From assembly GCA_037441965.1 (NCBI GenBank), contig JBBIRD010000003.1:6741-70740 (forward strand): a DNA stretch of 64,000 nucleotides, in the 5' to 3' direction. A program made the translations under genes and the position numbers. Origin of the DNA: Candidatus Moraniibacteriota bacterium (lineage in GTDB: Bacteria > Patescibacteriota > Minisyncoccia > Moranbacterales > UBA1568). Below are positions 1 through 8,131 of the stretch, in pieces; within the stretch, counting starts at the first letter, position 1; each line of letters opens with the position of its first letter. The notes under the pieces are model-generated. The model made no database searches, was not told the origin of the DNA, and worked only from the letters and a program-made list of their open reading frames with translations.

Positions 1-808
1 ATGGATTAGTTTTGGGCCGATTTCTTTTCAACCATCTGAAGTGATGAAACTTGCTATGATATTGTATCTTTCTGCTTGGCTTTCTGGGAAAGGAAAGAAA
101 CGCACCGCTGATTTTATCGAAGGATTTGTTCCATTTATTGCTATTTTGTCATTGGTTGGATTTCTGATTATCAAACAGCCAGATACTGGAACATTGGGAC
201 TTATTTTTCTTACATCACTTTCAATATTTTTTGCATCTGGGGCAAATATTCGTCATATTGGTTCATTGTTTCTTGCGGGACTTTTTGCTCTTTTTGTGTT
301 GATTAAAATAGCACCGTATCGTATGCAGAGATTTCTTGTTTTTATGAATCCTGAACACGATCCTCAAGGCTTTGGCTATCAGATGACACAAGCTCTTCTT
401 GCTATAGGATCAGGTGGATTTTTTGGTCTTGGTTTTGGTCAAAGTCGTCAGAAGTTCAACTATCTTCCAGAGCCAGTAACAGATTCTATCTTTGCAGTTC
501 TTGGAGAAGAGGCAGGTTTTTTTGGAGCGTTGATTGTTGTGTTTTTGTTCCTTCTTTTTGCATGGCGAGGATTGCGTGTCGCATCGTCTGCTCCTGATAT
601 GTTTGGTAAGTTGCTTGCTGTTGGTATTGTATCGTGGATTGTATTTCAAGCACTGATTAATATGTGTGCAATCAGTGGAATTATTCCTCTTACAGGCATC
701 CCACTTCCTTTTATTAGTTATGGAGGGACATCTCTTTCAGTTTTATTGGCATCGATTGGAATCTTGCTTAATATCTCTAAACATTCTACACTACATACAA
801 AGTTATAG
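1..808 (+). CDS. ftsW: FtsW/RodA-family (SEDS) cell-division/peptidoglycan polymerase, 5' end truncated by window start (frame open to position 2)
   Basis: Multi-TM sequence with SEDS-like motifs (GFGQSRQK..., ISYGGTSL); open frame runs to window edge; followed by murG-murC-murB as in dcw clusters. Confidence 0.8.
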   Translation, partial: WISFGPISFQPSEVMKLAMILYLSAWLSGKGKKRTADFIEGFVPFIAILSLVGFLIIKQPDTGTLGLIFLTSLSIFFASGANIRHIGSLFLAGLFALFVLIKIAPYRMQRFLVFMNPEHDPQGFGYQMTQALLAIGSGGFFGLGFGQSRQKFNYLPEPVTDSIFAVLGEEAGFFGALIVVFLFLLFAWRGLRVASSAPDMFGKLLAVGIVSWIVFQALINMCAISGIIPLTGIPLPFISYGGTSLSVLLASIGILLNISKHSTLHTKL

Positions 809-829
809 CTTTATTATTGTTATTTTTTT

Positions 830-1960
830 ATGTCTGATGTTACTCGTATTGTACTTACTGGAGGTATCTCAGGAGGGCACACCTTTCCTCTTGTTGCTGT
901 TTCGAGAGCGATTCGAAAACAAATTCCTGATAATAATGTTGAATTTCTTTTTATTGGTTCTCGTGGACACTTCGAAAGCACAGCAATGGCAGAAGAAGGT
1001 ATCGATGCACAGTATATTTTAACAGGTAAGTGGCGACGCTATTTCTCATTTCAGAATTTTATTGATCTTTTTCGTTTACCGATAGGATTTTTACAGGCTC
1101 TTGTAAAACTACTTGTATTTATGCCTGATGCTGTTTTTTCAAAAGGAGGATCTGCTTCTGTACCTGTTGTACTTGCCGCTTGGGTGTATCGTATTCCTGT
1201 ATTGATTCATGATTCTGATGCAGTGGCAGGTAAAGCCAATCAATTTCTCGCACGCTTTGCAACACGAATTGCTGTTGCGTATCCGAGTGCTCACAATTTT
1301 TTTCCTGCCGAAAAAACTGTTCTGACTGGCAATCCTATTCGTGAAGAAATTCTTCTGGGGGATCCGGGGCGTTTTGCGAAAGAATTTGGTTTGGAACTTG
1401 ATAAAATGGTTATTCTTGTTTTGGGAGGAAGTCAGGGCGCGCAGATATTGAATGAAGCATTACTCCGTATTTTACCGGGTTTACTCGAAAGAAATATTCA
1501 GGTAGTACATCAAACAGGAGAGAAACATTATGAAACAATCGTTGCATCCGTTGAGGCTTATGGACTCAAAATAGGAACGAGTGGTTATATACCGAGAGCT
1601 TTTCTTTCCGCAAGTGAGCTCGCTGATGTTTTGAAGGTAGCAACAATCGTGATTTCTCGTGCTGGAGCAGGATCCATTGCAGAGCTCTCTGCAACAAAAA
1701 AAGCATCAATCCTTGTACCACTTGCTTCTTCCGCAAATGATGAACAGCGTCTCAATGCGTATGATGTCGCAGAGATAGGCGGAGCACTTGTTTTGGAAGA
1801 AGGAAATCTTGGTCAGAATATGTTTTTAGAAAAGATTGATGAACTTCTTGCTCATCCTGATGTCCGTGCATCAATGGGGGAGAAATTGACTGCTTTCTAT
1901 CATCCTGATGCTGCGGATGTGTTGGCGTCAGGAATTATTGCTCTCACAAAAAATAAATAA
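830..1960 (+). CDS. murG: UDP-GlcNAc--MurNAc-pentapeptide-undecaprenol GlcNAc transferase (GT28)
   Basis: N-terminal GGISGGHTFPL glycine-rich motif and GT28 C-terminal domain pattern; position between ftsW and murC. Confidence 0.9.
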   Translation: MSDVTRIVLTGGISGGHTFPLVAVSRAIRKQIPDNNVEFLFIGSRGHFESTAMAEEGIDAQYILTGKWRRYFSFQNFIDLFRLPIGFLQALVKLLVFMPDAVFSKGGSASVPVVLAAWVYRIPVLIHDSDAVAGKANQFLARFATRIAVAYPSAHNFFPAEKTVLTGNPIREEILLGDPGRFAKEFGLELDKMVILVLGGSQGAQILNEALLRILPGLLERNIQVVHQTGEKHYETIVASVEAYGLKIGTSGYIPRAFLSASELADVLKVATIVISRAGAGSIAELSATKKASILVPLASSANDEQRLNAYDVAEIGGALVLEEGNLGQNMFLEKIDELLAHPDVRASMGEKLTAFYHPDAADVLASGIIALTKNK

Positions 1961-2009
1961 AAATATTTTTTCTCTATTGTTTTTTATTTTTTATGATTGT
2001 TGATGTGTT

Positions 2010-3428
2010 ATGAATAGAGGACTTTTTCAAATGAGTAGGATTCATATGATTGGCATCAAAGGTGCTGGAATGACAGCACTTGCAGAGCTTCTTTCGAAAC
2101 GAGGTATATATATCACAGGATCAGATACTGATGAAGTTTTCTTCACTGATCGTATATTGAAGAAGATTGGCATTGTGTATGCGGAAAAATTTGATGTCAA
2201 TAATATTCCTGCAAAAGTCAGCGCAATTATTTATTCAACAGCCTATTCTCAAGAAAATAATATTGAACTTGCAGAGGCTTATAAAAGAAATGTGCCGATT
2301 TTTAGTTATCCTGAGGCACTTGGTATGCTTACACATGAGAAACTGACATTGGCCGTTTGTGGTACACACGGGAAAACAACGACGAGTGCACTTCTTGCCG
2401 ATACGCTCAGAAATACAGGATCGGATCCGTCAGCGATTGTTGGAAGTAGAATTATGAATTGGGAAGGAAATGCGCTTGTTGGAAATGGAGACTTTTTTGT
2501 ATTGGAAGCAGACGAATATCAAAATAAACTTGCAAAATATGAACCATTTGCTGTTATTCTAACGAGTGTTGATTTTGATCATCCTGATTTTTTTACAGAT
2601 CAAGATCAATATATGCAAGTTTTCAAAGATTTTGTGAAACGTATTCCTCATCACGGAGTATTGATTTATTGTAATGATCAAGCTTCGGTAGTGAATATTG
2701 CGAATGAAGCAGTCTGTCAGAAATTGTCTTATGGCTTTGTTTCTGGATCAGATTTTCAAATAACCCATTATGAAGCGAAGGAGATAACATCTTTGGTATC
2801 GAAAGATGGAATAAAACAAAGTTTTGATGTACTTTATGATGAACATTCTCTGGGTACATTTCAGTTGAAATTAGCGGGATTGCATAATGCTAAGAATGCT
2901 ACCGCCGTACTTGCATTGTGTACTTTTTTGAAACAGGACATTCATCAAATAAAGAAAGCATTTGAGAAATTTCAAGGAACGGAAAGACGCTTTGAATATA
3001 TTGGTGAACATTATGGCGCACTTGTTTATGATGATTATGCCCATCATCCAGAAGAAATAAAGGCTACTCTTCTCGCTTTTCGTGAACTTTATCCTCACCG
3101 AAGGATTCGTGTTGTTTTTCATCCGCATACATTTACTCGTACCAAGGCATTACTGACAGATTTTTCTCAGAGTTTTGATACTGCTGACGAAGTATATGTT
3201 CTTGATATCTATGGGAGTGCTCGTGAAGTGAAAGGTGGTGTGTCTTCTTCAGAATTAGTACAGCTTATCAATCGATTTGTTCCGGGAAAAGCAGTATATG
3301 AATCATCAGAAACGGCATTGTTGCAATTTTTTGAAGAAACAATGGGACGAAATGATCTCATTATCACTCTTGGTGCTGGTGATGTTTGGAAGATTTCTCA
3401 TTCTCTCGTGAAAAAAAATGAAAAATAA
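2010..3428 (+). CDS. murC: UDP-N-acetylmuramate--L-alanine ligase
   Basis: IHMIGIKGAGMTALA N-terminal motif, GTHGKTTTSALLA P-loop, Mur ligase middle/C domains. Confidence 0.9.
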   Translation: MNRGLFQMSRIHMIGIKGAGMTALAELLSKRGIYITGSDTDEVFFTDRILKKIGIVYAEKFDVNNIPAKVSAIIYSTAYSQENNIELAEAYKRNVPIFSYPEALGMLTHEKLTLAVCGTHGKTTTSALLADTLRNTGSDPSAIVGSRIMNWEGNALVGNGDFFVLEADEYQNKLAKYEPFAVILTSVDFDHPDFFTDQDQYMQVFKDFVKRIPHHGVLIYCNDQASVVNIANEAVCQKLSYGFVSGSDFQITHYEAKEITSLVSKDGIKQSFDVLYDEHSLGTFQLKLAGLHNAKNATAVLALCTFLKQDIHQIKKAFEKFQGTERRFEYIGEHYGALVYDDYAHHPEEIKATLLAFRELYPHRRIRVVFHPHTFTRTKALLTDFSQSFDTADEVYVLDIYGSAREVKGGVSSSELVQLINRFVPGKAVYESSETALLQFFEETMGRNDLIITLGAGDVWKISHSLVKKNEK

Positions 3429-3475
3429 GCTATAATAAAAGAAAGATACTTTTTTATTTCTTATTTTTTCTTCTT

Positions 3476-4408
3476 ATGTTTACTCTTCAGCGTAATGTTA
3501 ATCTTGCACCATTGTCTACTTTTCAGATTGGAGGCAAGGCGAGTTATTTTACGAGGGTTACTGGCGCTCTCGAACTTGCTTCAGCCATTGAATATGGCGA
3601 AAAAAATAATATACCAATATTCATTTTTAGTGGCGGAAGCAATGTACTCTTTTCTGATAAAGGTTTTTCAGGTCTTGTTATACAGATTATTGATGGTGGT
3701 ATAAAGATTGTACAGAAAAGAATATCGTGTGGAGCTGGAGTGAAACTCTTAGATGTCGTGACGATGGCTTGTGAGAATGGTCTAGCAGGAATAGAAAAAA
3801 TAGCAGGTATTCCAGGATCACTGGGTGGAGCTATTCGTGGAAACGCCGGAGCTTTTGGTACGGAAATTGGCAACGTTGTTCATTCTGTGAAGGCATACGC
3901 AAAAGATACTGGAATGCTCAAAGAATACACGAGAGCAATGTGTGAGTTTGGATATCGAACAAGTATTTTTAAAAAAAATTCAAATCTCATTATTATTTCT
4001 GCTGAACTTATTTTGCAAAATGGAGAGAAAGAAGCGTTGCAGAAGATTGCAAGTGATACAATCGATCTTCGTGAATCGAAACATTCACAGAAAGCAAAGT
4101 GTGCAGGGTCATTTTTTATGAACCCTGTAGTTTCGGATCCACATCTTTTTGCGGAATTTGAAAAAGATACTGGAAACATATCGAAGGACGAAAAACTTCC
4201 GGCAGGTTGGCTCATTGATCATGTTGGGCTTCGTGGTAAACAGATTGGTGGTGCAATGGTAAGTAAACAACATCCGAATTATCTAGTGAATACTGGTACA
4301 GCTACTTCTGAAGATGTTGTGATGCTTGCAAGTTTGATTAAGACGAGAGTGCGTGATGAGCTTGGTATTCGTTTGAGAGAAGAAGTGCAGTATGTTGGCA
4401 TAGAATAA
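3476..4408 (+). CDS. murB: UDP-N-acetylenolpyruvoylglucosamine reductase
   Basis: FAD-binding N-terminal pattern (LAPLSTFQIGG..., IFSGGSNVL) and MurB C-terminal domain; dcw context. Confidence 0.85.
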   Translation: MFTLQRNVNLAPLSTFQIGGKASYFTRVTGALELASAIEYGEKNNIPIFIFSGGSNVLFSDKGFSGLVIQIIDGGIKIVQKRISCGAGVKLLDVVTMACENGLAGIEKIAGIPGSLGGAIRGNAGAFGTEIGNVVHSVKAYAKDTGMLKEYTRAMCEFGYRTSIFKKNSNLIIISAELILQNGEKEALQKIASDTIDLRESKHSQKAKCAGSFFMNPVVSDPHLFAEFEKDTGNISKDEKLPAGWLIDHVGLRGKQIGGAMVSKQHPNYLVNTGTATSEDVVMLASLIKTRVRDELGIRLREEVQYVGIE

Positions 4409-4427
4409 ATTACATATATATAAGAAT

Positions 4428-4625
4428 ATGGACGAAGAATTAAGAACACAATTGAAAGCTCAAGATCAAAAACTCGAGAATATTTATATATCTGTTGAAA
4501 AAACACGAAAGTATTTTTTATGGACGATGATTGGAACTATAATTATGTTTGTTTTGCCTCTCCTTGGTCTCTTTTTTGCAATTCCTTTTTTGTTAGGCAC
4601 GCTTTCGACAGCATACGGTATTTAA
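4428..4625 (+). CDS. small hypothetical membrane protein (65 aa)
   Basis: ORF with charged N-terminus and a C-terminal hydrophobic hairpin; no obvious SD; could be spurious. Confidence 0.3.
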   Translation: MDEELRTQLKAQDQKLENIYISVEKTRKYFLWTMIGTIIMFVLPLLGLFFAIPFLLGTLSTAYGI

Positions 4626-4671
4626 TTGTGATATGGTATAATGAGAGTATAATTTTCTAAGATATAATGTT

Positions 4672-5022
4672 ATGAATATGCGATTTCTGTTTAGAGGTAT
4701 TGAAATAGATAAGAAAACTCGCGATTATATTTTGAAACGAATTGTGAGGATTGAGAAACTTGTTGATAAGGCGACTCTTTTTGAAGTGGAAGTAGGTCAA
4801 GATAAAAAAGGAAAATTTCGCGTAGAAGTAATGGTGAAAACGCCAAGAGATCTCTATCGAGCCGAAGAAATCAGTGAGAGCATTGAAGGGTCAACAGATA
4901 TTGTTATTGATGAGCTCGAAGTTCAGATTGCAAAAAAGAAAACGAAAGCACACGATCTTAAATTACGAGGAAGTCGTTCCATTAAGAAGAAACTTGTTGT
5001 TGATACATCAGCGAGATTATAA
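4672..5022 (+). CDS. hpf: ribosome hibernation promoting factor / RaiA (YfiA) family protein
   Basis: Size (116 aa) and sequence pattern typical of sigma-54 modulation / ribosomal subunit interface protein family. Confidence 0.75.
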   Translation: MNMRFLFRGIEIDKKTRDYILKRIVRIEKLVDKATLFEVEVGQDKKGKFRVEVMVKTPRDLYRAEEISESIEGSTDIVIDELEVQIAKKKTKAHDLKLRGSRSIKKKLVVDTSARL

Positions 5023-5136
5023 AGACAATGTTTTTATAGAGGTAAAAATGAGCTCTTTTATGAGCTTATTTTTCTTTACGAGAGAGAGGATAAAGAGTAT
5101 CCTATAAAGGAAGTATTTTTTGAATATATTGTAATA

Positions 5137-6351
5137 TTGTTTATGATGAAAAATGAAACGCCAAATATTGTATGTCCAAATTGTGGCACCTCTATTTCTA
5201 TTGATGATGCACTGACACATCAGATCGAATCAAAACTTGCGAAAGAATATGTAGATAAAGAGAAAGAGTTACGCGATATTTTGATACGAGAAAATGAATC
5301 AGTTCTTGCCAAGAAAGAATTAATGTTGAGAAAACAGGTAAAAGAAAGTATTGAAAAAGAAACTTTATCAGAAAAGAAATTTCTTGAAGAACAATTGAGA
5401 GAATCGAGTGAAAAATTGCAAGTGGCTTATCAAAATGAATTGGAGCTTCGTAAAGAGAAGCAATTGTTAAAAGAAGAAAAGGAAACTTTTCAGCTTGAAA
5501 AAGAGCGTCAATTGGATAATGAAAGAAAAATGATTGAGGAAGAAGCGTCGAGGAGAGCTACAGAAGCTCAGCAGGCAAAAATCGATCAATTGAATAAGCA
5601 ACTTTCTGACGCAACGAAAGCTAAAGATGAATTAGCTCGTAAATTGGAACAGGGCTCTCAACAAACTCAGGGAGAAGTACAAGAAATGATACTTGAAGAA
5701 TTGTTGAAAACGGAATTTTTGTATGATGAGATTTTGCCTGTACCAAAAGGCGTCAACGGTGCCGATGTTTTACAGAAAGTTCGTACAAAAAACGGAGTTG
5801 ATTGCGGAATGATTATTTGGGAATCTAAGAAAACAAAAGCATGGACAGAAGGATGGATTCAAAAACTCAAAGATGATCAGCGTACAGTGAAGGCTGATGT
5901 TGCTGTTATCGTTACATCGGTGATGCCAGCTGGTACCACAGGTATTGTTTTGCGTGATGGTGTTTGGGTGTGTGATATCAGTCTGGCAATATCGATAGCA
6001 ACAGCACTTCATCATTCCTTGGAGTCTCTTTTTCGAGAAAAATCTCTTTCTGTCGGAAAGAATGAAAAAATGGAAATATTGTATAATTATCTGACAGGGA
6101 CTGAATTTAAACAACGCATAGAAACGATCGTGGAAACCTTTTCGATGATGAAAACTGCTCTCGATAAAGAACGAATATACTTTGAAAAATCATGGAATGA
6201 GAAAGAGAAACAAATTCAGAAAGTAATAAAAAATACGGTTGGTATTTATGGTGATTTAAGTGGTATCGTCGAATTGCAGAAAATTGACGCGCTTGAACTT
6301 CCTGATGTAGAACAGAGCGCTTCCTGCTATGATTCACAGAAATTGTTGTGA
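5137..6351 (+). CDS. DUF2130-like protein: N-terminal CxxC, long coiled-coil, C-terminal putative PD-(D/E)xK-like domain
   Basis: CPNCG near N-terminus; ~170 aa highly charged heptad-like region; C-terminal segment GADVLQKV...MIIWESKK resembles D...ExK nuclease core. Confidence 0.55.
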   Translation: MFMMKNETPNIVCPNCGTSISIDDALTHQIESKLAKEYVDKEKELRDILIRENESVLAKKELMLRKQVKESIEKETLSEKKFLEEQLRESSEKLQVAYQNELELRKEKQLLKEEKETFQLEKERQLDNERKMIEEEASRRATEAQQAKIDQLNKQLSDATKAKDELARKLEQGSQQTQGEVQEMILEELLKTEFLYDEILPVPKGVNGADVLQKVRTKNGVDCGMIIWESKKTKAWTEGWIQKLKDDQRTVKADVAVIVTSVMPAGTTGIVLRDGVWVCDISLAISIATALHHSLESLFREKSLSVGKNEKMEILYNYLTGTEFKQRIETIVETFSMMKTALDKERIYFEKSWNEKEKQIQKVIKNTVGIYGDLSGIVELQKIDALELPDVEQSASCYDSQKLL

Positions 6352-6385
6352 TATAATACAGAGAGATATCATTAATATTTTTTAT

Positions 6386-6988
6386 ATGAAAAATGCCTCA
6401 ACTTTTTTAGGAAAGTTATTATTTTTTTATAGTATACTTTTTTTAGTTCTCGCGATACATCCCGTGGATCGAACGACATGGTTTGCGGAGAATCTGACAG
6501 TGTGGATTATTCTTGCTGTTATTATTGGCTTGTATTATGGTGGCATTCGTTTTTCGCGTCTGGCGTATGCTCTTATGTTTATACTGATTTATCTGCATAC
6601 TATTGGTGGACATTATACTTTCGCTTTGGTTCCTTTCGACTGGTTTAGTGATTTGTTTGGATTTTCTCGAAACCATTTCGATCGTATTGCTCATTTTTCT
6701 GTTGGATTTTATGCTTTTGCTATTGCAGAGTGGCTGTGGAGTAAGAAGTTGGTAGCGAACAAATTTCTTCTTTTTACTTATCCGGTTTTTGTTATTGCCA
6801 CGATCGCTATGAGTTATGAACTTGTTGAATGGATATATGCAGCACAATCAAATGCAGAAGATGCGATGGCATATCTTGGCAGTCAGGGTGATATTTGGGA
6901 CGCACAAAAAGATATGCTTGCGGATACACTAGGGGCAATCAGTGCTACTTTGTTATTCTTTTTTATTCGTAAACCCTCATTAAAATAA
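6386..6988 (+). CDS. YjdF/DUF2238-family integral membrane protein
   Basis: Multiple TM helices; internal start MKNAST chosen over upstream AT-rich extension; pattern resembles YjdF family. Confidence 0.55.
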   Translation: MKNASTFLGKLLFFYSILFLVLAIHPVDRTTWFAENLTVWIILAVIIGLYYGGIRFSRLAYALMFILIYLHTIGGHYTFALVPFDWFSDLFGFSRNHFDRIAHFSVGFYAFAIAEWLWSKKLVANKFLLFTYPVFVIATIAMSYELVEWIYAAQSNAEDAMAYLGSQGDIWDAQKDMLADTLGAISATLLFFFIRKPSLK

Positions 6989-6992
6989 ACAG

Positions 6993-7274
6993 ATGAGTAC
7001 TTCCAGTCTTTTATTGAGTCTTTTTATTTTTGTGAATAGTAGTGCATTCTTTACAATGTGGATAGATAAGTATCGTGCAAAGAAGAATAATAAAGAAAGG
7101 ATTTCTGAGGGTACACTATTTTTTCTTGCAGTTATGTTTGGGAGTATTGGAGTATACTTGGGAATGTTTGTCTTCAGGCACAAAAATCATAAGTGGCATT
7201 TTCTCCTTGGTATCCCAATGCTTATTCTTCAGAATAGTGCTATGTTATATGTGGTATATTTATTTTTTAAGTGA
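6993..7274 (+). CDS. DUF1294-family small membrane protein
   Basis: 93 aa, conserved-looking ...EGTLFFLAVMFGSIGVYLGMFVFRHKNHKW... core typical of DUF1294. Confidence 0.55.
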   Translation: MSTSSLLLSLFIFVNSSAFFTMWIDKYRAKKNNKERISEGTLFFLAVMFGSIGVYLGMFVFRHKNHKWHFLLGIPMLILQNSAMLYVVYLFFK

Positions 7275-7285
7275 TTGTAATTTCT

Positions 7286-8020
7286 ATGAATAAAGATAAT
7301 CTTATATTTCTTGATACCGAAACGACAGGTATGGGTAAAGAAGATAGAGTGTGTCAGGTTGCATATATGTATCGAGGAACAGAATATGAAGCACTCTTCA
7401 AACCACCTGTACCAATAACGATCGATGCTATGGTGGTGACGAATATCACGAATGAAATGGTAAAACATCGACCAGTATTCGAGGGCTCTATTATGGAGAG
7501 AGATTTGCAAGTATTGTTTTCCGAAGAGAATATCGTCGTAGCGCATAATGCACCTTTTGATATTGAGATGTTGAGACGCGAAGGATTGATTGCAAAAAAG
7601 AGTATTGATACCTTCAAGATTGCGTACTTCATTGACAAAGAAAATGTTGTTCCAAAAAAGAATTTGCAGTATCTTAGATATTACTATGATCTTGCTGTAG
7701 AGAATGCGCCCGCACATAGTGCTCTCGGTGATGTGAAAGTTTTGGAAAAGTTATTTGATTATTTCTTTATGAAAATGATGCACGAGAAAGGTGACGAAGG
7801 GAAAGTGATTGAAGAAATGATTGCTATCTCGAGTCGACCGATTCTCTATGATACATTTAACTTTGGGAAATATGTTGGGAGGAAAGTGAATGAGATATCA
7901 CTTGTCGATCAAGGATATATCGCATGGTTGCTCAATCAGAAAATTATGACAAGAGAAAGCGGTGGAGAGAATGATGAGAATTGGATTTATACCTTGGATC
8001 ACTATCTTGCTCGTTCATAG
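7286..8020 (+). CDS. DEDD-family 3'-5' exonuclease (DnaQ-like) with C-terminal extra domain
   Basis: Exo I motif FLDTETTG, Exo III-like H...D (HSALGD); C-terminal ~80 aa extension resembling DUF3820-type tail. Confidence 0.7.
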   Translation: MNKDNLIFLDTETTGMGKEDRVCQVAYMYRGTEYEALFKPPVPITIDAMVVTNITNEMVKHRPVFEGSIMERDLQVLFSEENIVVAHNAPFDIEMLRREGLIAKKSIDTFKIAYFIDKENVVPKKNLQYLRYYYDLAVENAPAHSALGDVKVLEKLFDYFFMKMMHEKGDEGKVIEEMIAISSRPILYDTFNFGKYVGRKVNEISLVDQGYIAWLLNQKIMTRESGGENDENWIYTLDHYLARS

Positions 8021-8065
8021 AGCATACTTTTTTCTTTTTCATTGGTTGTATTTTTTAGGTTTCTT

Positions 8066-8094
8066 TTTGACGAGAATGTATTTTTCTGTTACAC
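8066..8094 (+). promoter_or_regulatory. candidate sigma-70-type promoter upstream of secA (TTGACG - 17 nt - TACACT)
   Basis: Hexamers with 17-nt spacer ~40 nt upstream of secA ATG. Confidence 0.4.
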
Positions 8095-8131
8095 TATGTA
8101 AGTGTATTTTCCCTTTTTAAAGCCATATATT

